Origin: a virus
Taxonomy: Duplodnaviria > Caudoviricetes
DNA: 64,000 nt
IMG/VR virus record: IMGVR_UViG_3300046804_002424
Span: 2,068 to 66,067 of that record
Direction: 5' to 3' (one strand)
A program made the position numbers and the translations under genes. The notes below the pieces were generated by a model. The model was not told where the DNA came from, did not search any database, and saw only the letters and a list, made by a program, of their open reading frames with translations. Each line of letters opens with the position of its first letter. The stretch's first letter is position 1. Below, one piece after another: positions 22,369-33,056 of this stretch.

Positions 22369-25300
22369 TTAATACCCTTCATTTTGTCTACTCTTTTGAT
22401 CAAACGCATCTTTAATCGCTCTTTGAACCAGAGTTCCTAATGGTCCGTTAAGAACATCTGCCAGCACTGACGCCCCATTAATTGTTACATTAACAGGAAT
22501 AGGTGTTGGAACTTCCAATCTTACTGTGGATGGTATAGCATTGTGAAGTTGTTCAATAAATCGGTCTAGTCGGTTTCCAAGTGCTTCTATGCTGACTGAT
22601 GGATTGATCTGATTATTAGATACACCGTTTGTTTGTACCTGTCCTATCTCAGGATTATTTTCAGTTATATTATTAAGCTTCTTAACAGCATTAACAAATG
22701 CCAAATTAAGATTATCTGCTCCTTTCTTTAACATATCTGATAAATAGGTCATATTTGAATCTAAAACAGATGTTCCTGGTGTTCCTGTTGCTAAATATGC
22801 TACTCCTCCTTTAGAATAGTAGCCATTATTAATAGCCTGTAATAATCCTAAATGTTTTTGAGATGCTTGACGATTAACAACAAATTCGCCAGGAGTTAAC
22901 ATGGCAGGAACAGTATCTGTGCCCATTGGTTGATATGGAACCAGAGTCCCACTATTTGCGTAAACTACTCCTCCATATTGTTTTGATTTTGGCGTTAAAT
23001 GAGGTAGCGTAGGTGGTAATTGTGGAGTATTTCTTCTTCTTGTTTTTTCCTCTTCGCTATTAAATTTATTATTTACAGGAATTTGACTATACTGAAAACG
23101 CTTGTATTCATCTATCATATCTAGAGCAAATTTAATTTGCTCATATTCTTCGTCATCTATCACAGCATCTTTGCGCTGTTTTTTACCTTCCAAATAACCA
23201 GATGCTCGTAATCTTTGTTGCAATTCGAACATTGCTCGATTATCAGTAGGAGCTAATTGAGCATTTATTTGTTTTCTTAGTCTATCAAGCATTGCTGCTT
23301 TTTGTTTTTCTTCTTGTACCTTTTCTCCTTGTATTCTTCTATCATTTAAAGCTTTGGCTCTGGGAGTCTTGAACGGTATATAGGAACCATCTTCAGCATA
23401 AACAACTCCGCCTTTATTATAATAGTCTTTATTTGGAAGATTTTTTGGATTAAATTCATTAAATATTGATGTTTGATCTCTCTGTAATCCTGACAGCTTT
23501 TTTTCGGCCATTAATCTATTCCATACTTTATCTATCAAATTAATTTCTTTTTCGGATCCAAAATACTGTCCTCTCAAAATCTCAATCGCATTTCTATTTG
23601 GCGTCATTTCTTTGTCAAAAATCTTAAGAGCAGCTTCAACATTTGCACGTACTCTATATAAATAATTTTGTCTTTTTGTGGCTTTTCTATATAATTCTCC
23701 TGGATTTTGCCCACTATCAAGTTTTTGTCTTATATTATCTTCTTTTTCTTTAACGTTGATATTAAAAGCATCTTTTCCAAATAATTCTGGGGCATCTTTC
23801 ATTTGCTGAAATAATTCTATAGTTATTTTTTCAGAAGGGCTGGCTTTTTTATAAGCCCTAAAAGCTTCATTTTGTTCAGCAATAAGTTGATACTGTGTTA
23901 TATTTTTGTCAAACCAATTATATTTATTTCTTGCTATTCTAGCAGCATCAGTTACATCTTTAGCTTGTTCAACATAAGCTGATTGATCTCGTTCAACTCC
24001 ACCAAATCTCATTTTTCCTTCTTGATCAACTCTTTGTTTATTTTTACGATTTAGAATCCAATATTTTCCACTTTGTTTTAATAATGACATTCTGTATTGA
24101 AGATTACCAGCAACTCCTCTTAAAAGATCGTTAGGACTTCTAGATGGAATTTCTCCACCAGTAGCATAATATCCACTATTTATAGCTTGTAATAATCCTA
24201 AATTATCTTTTGTTGATTGAGCATTTACAACAAACTCTCCTGGCGTAAGCATTGCCGGAATAGTATCTGTACCTTTTGGCTGGAAGTTGATATATTTGCC
24301 ATCAGAAGCATATACCATTCCGCCAGTATTAAATTTTTGAGAATTAATAGAATTTGATAAATTATTTATATTTTTATTTAGTAATAAGAATTGTTTGTTA
24401 TTTGAATCTTGACTATTTCCTATAGACGAATCAAGAGATGGAATCTGATTATTTTTTGTAGTTAAAGTTGTATTATTAATATTTTGAGATAGTGTTTTAA
24501 CGGTATCAAGTTTATTACCTAATGTTGTCTGATTGATCAGACCGCTTCTTGTCATATCTTCTTGTCTTGCTGTTGCTGATCTTTGTGATACTCCTGATAA
24601 ATCTGCTTGACCTCCAACAGCCAGATAGTTTATTCTACCTCCCTTACTATTATTTATAGCAGTTAATAGTCCAAGATTTTCTCTTGTAGATTTTGCATTA
24701 ATTACAAACTCACCCGGAGTTAACATTGCTGGTACAGTGTCTGTGCCTTTGGATTGGAAATTAATATATTGGCCATTGGCAGCATATATTAATCCACCAT
24801 TAGCTCTTAGTTGTCCATTAGCATTAGCTCTTGGTTGTGGAGGAGCAGCGCCCATTCGTCTTGCTATATCATTCATAGCGGCAACAAATGCTCTTTGTGT
24901 TTCAGCAAGGGAGTCCAATATTTTTTTTCCAACCTCCTGTAATAAATCTTTTTGAATAGTTCTATCATTTTCATTTTGTAGTCTAACAGCATCAACCTGA
25001 GCCTGTTTTAATGTTTCCATTCTATTTACTAAAGCTAGTAATACAGGATCATCTTTTGCTCTTTCTGCTGGATCTTGTCGTAGTGTTGCTAAAATTTTCT
25101 GGAAGAATGGATTTTGATCTAATCCTGTACCTTGGGCTCTGGCAAAACCTTCTAAAAGATCAGCTTTCATTACGTCTAATTCTGGACCTTCTATTCCAGC
25201 AATTTGTGTTAATTCACCAAATAAACTTAATGCTTTTTTATTCTCATTAGCATATGCCGCTTGAGCATCGCTCATAGCTTCTTGGGCTGTTTTACCTTCT

Positions 25301-28300
25301 TTTATAGCTTGAACATAAGCTTTTTGTGCGGCCTGAGATTGGTATATTGTGGTTAGTTGACCTCTTAATGTATTATTTAATAAATTAAATGTTTGATTCA
25401 ATTCCATTAATTCTTGTGGTGTGCTGCCAACTAATTTTTCTGCAAATGCTGATCCTGCTTGCTTTTGTGCTTCTAGTTGAGCAACTCGTTTCTGAATTTC
25501 TGATGTAACATCACTTATAGCTCCTTCTAGTGATGCTGGTAAATCTTCTAGTTCTTTACTTGTTTTATCTATAGTAGAATTAACTTTTGCTAACTTAAGT
25601 TGTAAATTAGCAACTTCTCTTGCTGCTCCAGGATTAGTTGCTGTTTCTGCTGATTTTTTATCAATTTGAGCTTGTAATGCTTGTTGTTCTTTTTGAGCAT
25701 TAGCTCTCATATTCGCAATATTTTGCGGAGTAAAATCGCCCTGATTTTTAATTCCTAATCTGGCCCTGTTACCTGCAAAACGAGCATTTATTCTTTCTCC
25801 AATAGATACTTTTTGTCCTAATGCTTCTTTTGTGGCTAATCCACTCTGGGCTTGCATTTCTACTAATGCTGCTGTTCTATCTACTCTTCTTTGTTCAATT
25901 TCTACTACTCTTTCTGCAACCTTGCCCAACTCTTCTAAATGTTTAGCAACATTCTCATTGTTTTTAATGAGTAATTGTCCGGCCTGTTGTGCCGCTTTAT
26001 TTAATGGTCCTGTTGCCTTGTCTATTAATTCAGCAGGGTCTATTGATGAATCTCCCGCCTCTTCAACAGCTTTATCAACAGTTTCTCTTACTCCATTTAT
26101 TAGAGTTTGAGCCATGCTGCTATTTGGACCAAAAGTGGCCAAGATATCATTTGTTAAATTACGAGTAACAGATGCTCCTACTTCAGCATTACTTCCTCCG
26201 GCATTATAAACAGCATTCGCTTCTCTTGTTGCCTTTTCTGTGGCTCTTGCTCCAAATTCTGCTACTCGTCCAACTAATTGTCCTGTTGGTCCCATTCTAG
26301 AAGCAGATGACGATATTGCTGCTTGTCTTTCTGCGGCAGAATAAGCGTTAGGATTTTGAAGAACATTATTTGTTTTTGCGAATGTGGAACTGGTTAAAGA
26401 AGCTTTTCCAGAAAAAATCTCGTCAGCTTTGCCAGATATTTGTCCCAAATCAAAACTAGATTTATTTAATACTTCGTCTAAAGCATTAAAAGATTTTTCC
26501 AAACTAACAACTGCTTGCATCATTACAACTTGTAATTTCTTAGATGCTTCTGCCGCAGCCTTTGCTTGTGCAGCAGCACCGGCTTCTGCTGTTGCTCTTC
26601 GTGATATATTTTCTGCCATAGCTGCCAAGTCTTTATTAGTCTGTGCTTGTACAGCATCGGCCTCTGCTCCTCTTCCACTATCTCTTAATTTTTTGATTTC
26701 GTCCGCTCTTTGAAGTTGAAAAGCCGCATATTTTTCATCTGCTTCGGCTATATTAGAGGTTAGAGTTTTAAACTGGGCAGGGCTCATACTTTTGCTTACT
26801 TCATCAAAAGTCTTCCCTGTTCTCATCATTTCTGCTTCTAAAAATTGTTGAGCCTGTTCTGCTCCTGCCTTTTGAGTTTCTGCTCTTCTTTTGCCAAGAT
26901 CTGCTGTTGTTTCATCTTGATATCCTAACATCTTGCCAAAACCACTTGCTCTTTGTCTTTTTATACCTTCTCCTGCGGCAGCTTCTACAGAGGATGCTTC
27001 ATTAAAAGACTTAAAGAATGCTAATTTTTGTGCTCCGCCTGGTTTAGACATATAAGCTTGAAGGGCTTTTCCGCTTTTTTCTGTTGCAGCTTGAGACGCT
27101 GCCACTTTTTGACTTTGAGCATATTCTTCATTTGCTTTCTTGGCATCTCCTAGACCCATAACAAATCCCGCTAAAGCTCCTGCTGCTGCGCCTACTCCTG
27201 TTCCAATAGGACCAAATAAACTTCCTACGGTTGCTCCTATAGAAGCCATATTTGCTACGCTTCCGCCAACTGCTGATATTGTTCTGCCAGACTCTGTTTT
27301 TTCTCCTCCCATAGCATTAGATAGAGCCTCTACGCCCATACCGCCAACCATTGTTAAAGCCATGCCAGCCATGCCAAATCCGCCTCCGCCACCACCATCT
27401 CCGGCTCCTCCGGCTCCTCCTGCTCCTCCACCACCTCTTGCTCCTCTGGAACCAAATCTTCCTAAACCAATAGAATTTAATACTCCTCCTCCAATGCTAC
27501 TAATCAATCCGCCAGCACCTCTTCCAGCAGCCATCACACTAGATTTGCCAACTTGTAATAATCCGGTTCCAGCATTTTTTGCAGCTTGTGTTAGAGTTTG
27601 AAGTGGCGTTGTTGCATTTTTAAGACTTGCAGCAAATTGTAATCCTGCATTAGACATGTTACTAGTAGAAGACATACCCATAGGAGTATTTCTTCGATCT
27701 ACCACATCCTGTCCTCTTTGATATTGTCCAACATTTCCGGCAATTTGATTTATTCTTGCTTGACTGGCCGCAAAGCCAGTAGGACCAACAGGAGCAGTAA
27801 TATTTCTGGATTCTGATACTCCAGCGGTTTGTTGTAATACTCCTTTTTTGGGTGTTCTTTCTGAACCTGCTCCTCCAACTCCAGCTCCTACAGCAGAGGA
27901 TAGAGCATCTGCTGTTGATGCTCCTTTCTCTAAAGATCTGTCTAATTTTTTCATCGCCATAGCGATATCTTCTGCTGGCCAATCAGTGACCATGCGCTCT
28001 AGCTGTTCAAATGCTTGAGCATTTCTAGTTATGCTAGCACCAAGCCTAGCAGAATCTTTTGGAGACATTCCAGCTAATGTGGATTGTAAAAGTCCACCAG
28101 AATTTAACTTTTGTACACCTCCTACAGCACCACCTTTATTAAATCCCTGAATTTTATCTGCTCTATTTAATTGATGAAGTCTGCTTGCTCCTATTCTACT
28201 TGCTGCTTTTCTATTAATTACAAATTCGCCAGGAGTTAATAATGCGGGAACAGTATCTGTGCCAACTCCACCGCCAACAGCAAACTTCTTTCTACGCTGC

Positions 28301-31300
28301 ATGTAACGATAGTCTCTAGTGGCGGCACGAACTTCATTAGCTTGATAACGAATGCTTTCACGTATTTTTTTAGTTTTATTCTTTTCCTCTATCTCTATCA
28401 TGGATTTGTCAGCATTAGCGCTCATGCTCTTAGCACGGGCTATAGCAGCATCACCAGCAGTTTTTCTTTCTTGTTCTAGTCTAGCTTTTAAATCTGCTTC
28501 GCTTTCTTGCTTTAGGGTTGTTTGCGGTCTAGCACTGGCTTGCTCACGCATAGCCATTTCTCGTAACATTTTTCCCTGCATTGGATCTAGCTTTACTAAT
28601 TGACCAGTTACTGCATCCCAAACACCAGCTAAAGAAGTGTCAGTAAGTAATTGTTTACCATAAGCTTGACCAGTCCACCAAGTTCTTGATTTACCTTTAC
28701 CAAGTTTATCCGCAATTGCTTGAGCTTCTCCACCTACAGCAAATTTTTGGATAAACCCACCCATAGCTTTTCTAAACCATTTAGTTCCAGTTTTTGAAAA
28801 GTTTCGATTACGATCAGAAACAGTTGCAAAGCCCTGTGCCTTTAATTCTCCTGTAGTATATGGTTTATCTCTTTCAAATTTTTGTAAATTAGAATTTCCA
28901 GCTAATGTTGGAGGCGCAGCCTGTGTTTTTTCTTGTGCTTCTTGTTGTATTTTAGAAGCTGTTTTAGCTTCATTATCTATGTAAAGAGATGGATTCTTTC
29001 TAATTTCATTAGCTAATTGTCTAATAGTTTTAGCTCTAAGAGATCCGCTTCCGGTAATTTGTGCAGTCTTAAATGACGCTTTTGCATCTACCCATTTGGG
29101 AGGAAGTCCAACAAAATCATCACTTAAAACTCCGCCAAGACCATTTGGAAAATCGAATGGTTGCTGAGATTCTCTTTCTGCGAATGGTCCTCCTCTCATA
29201 GAAAGAAGAACATCTTCAAATAAATTTCCTCTAGTAGCATCATTAATTCCACTTAAAAATGCTTGTTTATCTCCCTTGCCAATTTTTGCCACATCACCCA
29301 TTCCCAAATCTTTAGCTAATAATCTACTAGCATAATTAACTCCTCTTACTATTCCTTCATCAAGAGCATTATTAAAAGCTCCTGAAGTATTAGAACTGAG
29401 ACCAACTCTTGGAGCATTGAATTTTCCTAGTGTTGGTAAATTCTTTAATGGTTTTCCTACAGCCTTTTCTAAACTTTTAGGACTTAATAAAAACTCGGCC
29501 TGTCTTGCTGGTCCTGCCTCTAATATTGCTGCTCCAACAGTTTTATTTCCTGCTTTTATATCATCAATTAAACCTCCACCAGCAAATCTTGCTACTCTTT
29601 GTGCTCTTGGACCTTTATTTTGGAATGCTTTATATGCTCCTTCTTTACTTCCTCCTCCAGTAAATATCATATTTCCAATAGGAATACCAAATAATTCGTT
29701 AATGTATTCTGCAAGTCCTGGTGTTCTGCCAGATTTGCTTATAATACTAAGATTAGCAGGATTAACTTTTCCGCCCTGAATTGATTTTTGTAACATTCTT
29801 CCAAATTGAGTTAATCTTGCACTTTTGGCATCGGCTAATCTTGTTGTTGGATCTCTAAAATATTTTGATAATACGGCATCTTTTTGTCCTGTTGTTTTAG
29901 CTTTACCGTATGCTTGATCTCCAACTGTTCTTTTTAATGTTCTGTCAAAATCTAATGCTCCATATCCACTAGCTAATATTTTTTCTAAAGCTATTTTATT
30001 TGGTAATATCGCGCCCTTAGCATTTGCTGTTATATCATCCACCATTGGTGCTTTTGCTGATCCGCCTTTTGCAAATCTATTCATTTTATGAAGTTTATTA
30101 ATTCCAATAGCTTGAACTGCTTTCTTTCTAATAACAAATTCTCCAGGTGTAAGCATTGCTGGAAAAGTATCAGAATTACCTTCTCCCGGAACAACACCTC
30201 CTGTGGCAAAACCTCTAATAAAACCACCATTATTTTGACGGCGTAATCCACCAGCAAATCCTGCTCCAAATCTTGTTAATGCTGATACTCCTCTAAATGC
30301 AGCAATAGCTGTTAATGCTGGTAATACTGTTTTTGCACTATCAGCTAATCTGATTAATGCGCTAGCAAGATCTAGACTTAATCTTACGAAAGTTTGAAAT
30401 GTTGAACTTTCTCCTAATGATCGGATTAAAGCAGTGAACTCTTCTCTTACTTTACTTATTTGATTAGATAAACTTAGTTGTGCCGTGGCCGCATCTTTGG
30501 CTAGTGATCCTTGTCCCTGCTGTGCAACTTTCAATGCTGCCTGTGCTGTTGCAAATTGTTGAATAAGTGGAATCACTTTACCAATCTGGCGGAATCCACC
30601 AAGTTCTTCTACAATCTGAGAGAATCTTAAATCTCGTGGATCAAGTTTACTCAATCCTTCGCTTAGTCTTCTAACTGCTTCATAAGGACCAACGAATTTA
30701 CCTTCTAAATCTGTTAAAACTACCCCATATTCTCTTAGGGCTTTGATTGTATCTCCTCTTTGAATTCTGGTAAAAATTGTTCTTAAACCAGTAGCAATTG
30801 TTTCTGCACTTTCACGAGTTGTGGCACGAACACTTGTAAATACAGCTAAGAATTCATTAAGAGCATCTTTACCTTGACTAACACCTTTGCTTGCTGTGGC
30901 AAACACACCACCAGTACGCTGAATAGCTGTAATTAAGTCACTAGCTTCTACCGCGAACTTAGCAGCCACAGAATTAACACTACCAAGAGCATCTTCTAAT
31001 TCTCCAGCACTAATTCCGAACTGTCTCATCAAAGCAATAGAACCTTCTACCGTATCTGATAAACTATCAAACGATGGAGCCAAAGCACTTAATGCTAACG
31101 CCCTAAGAGCTTTTTCAGTATCTTTAGCGCTGAGACCGGCCTGAGCCAATGTACTAGATACAGAAATCAAATCTTTTGACGCTATACCAAGACTTGTAGA
31201 TAGTCTAGTAATCTCTCCAACTAATGGGCTCAATTGAGATAAACTAGAATCTGTAACTTGAGCAACTCTTACTAATTCTCTATTAAAATCAATAAACTCA

Positions 31301-31785
31301 GTTGTTGCAGAAGAAATGGCATTTGTGAATCTATAAATAACTCCGGTAACTGTTGCAAACGCAGCGAATCTTCTAACGGCCAATGCTGACTGTCTACCGA
31401 ATTCTTCAAACCCACCGGCAGCTTGGTTTAGAGCATTATTGGTTTGTGTTAAGGCATTATTTGTATTTGCAGCTCCAGTATTTATTCTATTTAAATTTCT
31501 TGGTATATTACCAATATTATTATTAGTTACTGCTGCTGCTCTGCCCAATGCTGTTAAGGCTGCTGCTGCATTTCTGGCAGAAGTTTGTGTTGTATTTAAA
31601 GATGTATTTAATCTTGTAATAGATTGTTGTAATGTATTAACATTTCTTGCAGTATTATTATTTATATTAACATTTACATTAGCGGTAATACCAGATAACT
31701 GCCTTCTTATATTGGCAATTATAGGTCTAATGTTTGCTGGACCTCTTAAATTTAATTCTGCTGTGAGATTAAATGCTCTTGACAT
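22369..31785 (-). CDS. Tape measure protein (TP901-like core) with inserted cargo domains
   Basis: 3138 aa; Ala/Leu/Gln helical core (LAQAG...ATGLRTIFTRI); five DTxPAxLTPGEFV repeats; follows the tail tube and chaperones. Confidence 0.9.
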   Translation of the reverse strand: MSRAFNLTAELNLRGPANIRPIIANIRRQLSGITANVNVNINNNTARNVNTLQQSITRLNTSLNTTQTSARNAAAALTALGRAAAVTNNNIGNIPRNLNRINTGAANTNNALTQTNNALNQAAGGFEEFGRQSALAVRRFAAFATVTGVIYRFTNAISSATTEFIDFNRELVRVAQVTDSSLSQLSPLVGEITRLSTSLGIASKDLISVSSTLAQAGLSAKDTEKALRALALSALAPSFDSLSDTVEGSIALMRQFGISAGELEDALGSVNSVAAKFAVEASDLITAIQRTGGVFATASKGVSQGKDALNEFLAVFTSVRATTRESAETIATGLRTIFTRIQRGDTIKALREYGVVLTDLEGKFVGPYEAVRRLSEGLSKLDPRDLRFSQIVEELGGFRQIGKVIPLIQQFATAQAALKVAQQGQGSLAKDAATAQLSLSNQISKVREEFTALIRSLGESSTFQTFVRLSLDLASALIRLADSAKTVLPALTAIAAFRGVSALTRFGAGFAGGLRRQNNGGFIRGFATGGVVPGEGNSDTFPAMLTPGEFVIRKKAVQAIGINKLHKMNRFAKGGSAKAPMVDDITANAKGAILPNKIALEKILASGYGALDFDRTLKRTVGDQAYGKAKTTGQKDAVLSKYFRDPTTRLADAKSARLTQFGRMLQKSIQGGKVNPANLSIISKSGRTPGLAEYINELFGIPIGNMIFTGGGSKEGAYKAFQNKGPRAQRVARFAGGGLIDDIKAGNKTVGAAILEAGPARQAEFLLSPKSLEKAVGKPLKNLPTLGKFNAPRVGLSSNTSGAFNNALDEGIVRGVNYASRLLAKDLGMGDVAKIGKGDKQAFLSGINDATRGNLFEDVLLSMRGGPFAERESQQPFDFPNGLGGVLSDDFVGLPPKWVDAKASFKTAQITGSGSLRAKTIRQLANEIRKNPSLYIDNEAKTASKIQQEAQEKTQAAPPTLAGNSNLQKFERDKPYTTGELKAQGFATVSDRNRNFSKTGTKWFRKAMGGFIQKFAVGGEAQAIADKLGKGKSRTWWTGQAYGKQLLTDTSLAGVWDAVTGQLVKLDPMQGKMLREMAMREQASARPQTTLKQESEADLKARLEQERKTAGDAAIARAKSMSANADKSMIEIEEKNKTKKIRESIRYQANEVRAATRDYRYMQRRKKFAVGGGVGTDTVPALLTPGEFVINRKAASRIGASRLHQLNRADKIQGFNKGGAVGGVQKLNSGGLLQSTLAGMSPKDSARLGASITRNAQAFEQLERMVTDWPAEDIAMAMKKLDRSLEKGASTADALSSAVGAGVGGAGSERTPKKGVLQQTAGVSESRNITAPVGPTGFAASQARINQIAGNVGQYQRGQDVVDRRNTPMGMSSTSNMSNAGLQFAASLKNATTPLQTLTQAAKNAGTGLLQVGKSSVMAAGRGAGGLISSIGGGVLNSIGLGRFGSRGARGGGGAGGAGGAGDGGGGGGFGMAGMALTMVGGMGVEALSNAMGGEKTESGRTISAVGGSVANMASIGATVGSLFGPIGTGVGAAAGALAGFVMGLGDAKKANEEYAQSQKVAASQAATEKSGKALQAYMSKPGGAQKLAFFKSFNEASSVEAAAGEGIKRQRASGFGKMLGYQDETTADLGKRRAETQKAGAEQAQQFLEAEMMRTGKTFDEVSKSMSPAQFKTLTSNIAEADEKYAAFQLQRADEIKKLRDSGRGAEADAVQAQTNKDLAAMAENISRRATAEAGAAAQAKAAAEASKKLQVVMMQAVVSLEKSFNALDEVLNKSSFDLGQISGKADEIFSGKASLTSSTFAKTNNVLQNPNAYSAAERQAAISSSASRMGPTGQLVGRVAEFGARATEKATREANAVYNAGGSNAEVGASVTRNLTNDILATFGPNSSMAQTLINGVRETVDKAVEEAGDSSIDPAELIDKATGPLNKAAQQAGQLLIKNNENVAKHLEELGKVAERVVEIEQRRVDRTAALVEMQAQSGLATKEALGQKVSIGERINARFAGNRARLGIKNQGDFTPQNIANMRANAQKEQQALQAQIDKKSAETATNPGAAREVANLQLKLAKVNSTIDKTSKELEDLPASLEGAISDVTSEIQKRVAQLEAQKQAGSAFAEKLVGSTPQELMELNQTFNLLNNTLRGQLTTIYQSQAAQKAYVQAIKEGKTAQEAMSDAQAAYANENKKALSLFGELTQIAGIEGPELDVMKADLLEGFARAQGTGLDQNPFFQKILATLRQDPAERAKDDPVLLALVNRMETLKQAQVDAVRLQNENDRTIQKDLLQEVGKKILDSLAETQRAFVAAMNDIARRMGAAPPQPRANANGQLRANGGLIYAANGQYINFQSKGTDTVPAMLTPGEFVINAKSTRENLGLLTAINNSKGGRINYLAVGGQADLSGVSQRSATARQEDMTRSGLINQTTLGNKLDTVKTLSQNINNTTLTTKNNQIPSLDSSIGNSQDSNNKQFLLLNKNINNLSNSINSQKFNTGGMVYASDGKYINFQPKGTDTIPAMLTPGEFVVNAQSTKDNLGLLQAINSGYYATGGEIPSRSPNDLLRGVAGNLQYRMSLLKQSGKYWILNRKNKQRVDQEGKMRFGGVERDQSAYVEQAKDVTDAARIARNKYNWFDKNITQYQLIAEQNEAFRAYKKASPSEKITIELFQQMKDAPELFGKDAFNINVKEKEDNIRQKLDSGQNPGELYRKATKRQNYLYRVRANVEAALKIFDKEMTPNRNAIEILRGQYFGSEKEINLIDKVWNRLMAEKKLSGLQRDQTSIFNEFNPKNLPNKDYYNKGGVVYAEDGSYIPFKTPRAKALNDRRIQGEKVQEEKQKAAMLDRLRKQINAQLAPTDNRAMFELQQRLRASGYLEGKKQRKDAVIDDEEYEQIKFALDMIDEYKRFQYSQIPVNNKFNSEEEKTRRRNTPQLPPTLPHLTPKSKQYGGVVYANSGTLVPYQPMGTDTVPAMLTPGEFVVNRQASQKHLGLLQAINNGYYSKGGVAYLATGTPGTSVLDSNMTYLSDMLKKGADNLNLAFVNAVKKLNNITENNPEIGQVQTNGVSNNQINPSVSIEALGNRLDRFIEQLHNAIPSTVRLEVPTPIPVNVTINGASVLADVLNGPLGTLVQRAIKDAFDQKSRQNEGY

Positions 31786-31806
31786 AAATTGTCCTTATTA
31801 AAGATA

Positions 31807-31840
31807 TAACGCCGAATCACCAATATTGATGACCGGCGTT
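31807..31840. other. Intergenic hairpin before the TMP gene
   Basis: TAACGCCG...CGGCGTTA GC-rich stem in an AT-rich gap. Confidence 0.4.
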
Positions 31841-31873
31841 ACATATGACAATGCAAAAATTAAATTACAAAAA

Positions 31874-32743
31874 TTAAGATTCTGTCTTTTCGCTGTCTGT
31901 TGAAACAACAGGCGTTGTAACCACCTTTTCTGTGGGTTTAACTTCGTCTGAAAGTAAGATTGGATTTCCGTCCTCATCCAAAAATGGTTGTGTTTCAACA
32001 ACATATTCTCCTGTTTCGTTTACTCTGTTGCCATCTCTGTCTACAAAGTTACCACTTTCATCAATCAATCTATTATTTTCATCTACTAATCTTCCCTCAG
32101 AATCTATTAATCTACCCTTTTTATCAATTCTTCTGAGTTTATCGTCAACAAATTTATATTTGGCTAAAAATTTATTTTCTGGTAAGTTTTTCTCAAAGTT
32201 ATTATCTAAACCATAAATCATATTAGCCAAATTTTGAGCACCTAAAATAGCTACAGGATCATCCGACTTATTAAGGTACTCTTCCAGACTGCTAAAATAT
32301 TTTTCTCCGCTATCTTTATACACCACACAGGCTGATACTAAGTAGTTAAATCTTGCATTATCTGCTTGACCTTCTGCACTATGATTATCCAAACTAGTTC
32401 GCACACTAATTAGATCTTTAATTTTTTCTCTAATTTCTTGCATCTCGAAAGCTAACTGTTTGGCCTCATTAATACTAAAACCACCCTTAGCTAATCTTCG
32501 TTCTCCTTCTAGTAGTTGCTTTTGCATACTAGAGTAATCTGCTTGTTTTTCATCGTTCCATAATCCTTGATCTCTGAGAAGCTCGTCTAACTTTGCTCTA
32601 ACAACGCTCTTACTCTTTATAGCGTCTGTAAAAGCCTGATTATAAACCTTTTGAGCTTCTCTCTGATCATTTAAAGATGGCGATTTGACTAAAAATTCAA
32701 CTTCTTTATCATTAATTTTTGCAGTAAAGGATCTAGTTTGCAT
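31874..32743 (-). CDS. Putative tail assembly chaperone
   Basis: Directly upstream of the TMP; C-terminal 7-residue (I/V)D..G(R/N) repeats; AGGAG SD. Confidence 0.55.
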   Translation of the reverse strand: MQTRSFTAKINDKEVEFLVKSPSLNDQREAQKVYNQAFTDAIKSKSVVRAKLDELLRDQGLWNDEKQADYSSMQKQLLEGERRLAKGGFSINEAKQLAFEMQEIREKIKDLISVRTSLDNHSAEGQADNARFNYLVSACVVYKDSGEKYFSSLEEYLNKSDDPVAILGAQNLANMIYGLDNNFEKNLPENKFLAKYKFVDDKLRRIDKKGRLIDSEGRLVDENNRLIDESGNFVDRDGNRVNETGEYVVETQPFLDEDGNPILLSDEVKPTEKVVTTPVVSTDSEKTES

Positions 32744-33053
32744 TGTCGTTCTCCTTGTTTATTGGTCTAACCTTAAATTTATAATTATACTTAAGTTCTG
32801 GTCCATTTCTTAATTGCTTAGAAATATCATTTACTAAGCCCCTAATTTGTTGATTACCATGATTAAGAATATTGTTTCTAACATCTTGCCACATATTGTC
32901 AAAATGTATCTCTGAATCTGTTAATGGTTCATCCATATTTTTATGATGTGCCCACAAAAATCCAAATACATTTTCAAATCTGGCCAAGGCTCCTATCATT
33001 GTTGTTTCTAATCTTTTAACTGCTAATTGAGATATTATTTGTTCTTCATTCAT
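32733..33053 (-). CDS. Hypothetical protein (tail assembly region)
   Basis: 106-aa ORF coupled to its neighbours. Confidence 0.6.
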   Translation of the reverse strand: MNEEQIISQLAVKRLETTMIGALARFENVFGFLWAHHKNMDEPLTDSEIHFDNMWQDVRNNILNHGNQQIRGLVNDISKQLRNGPELKYNYKFKVRPINKENDNAN

Positions 33054-33056
33054 AAA

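Noticed and set aside
27140-27601. Pro-rich + strand ORF and other antisense ORFs across the late block
   Set aside because: They are reverse-complement shadows of Gly/Ala-rich TMP and fibre coding sequence, with no RBS or promoter.
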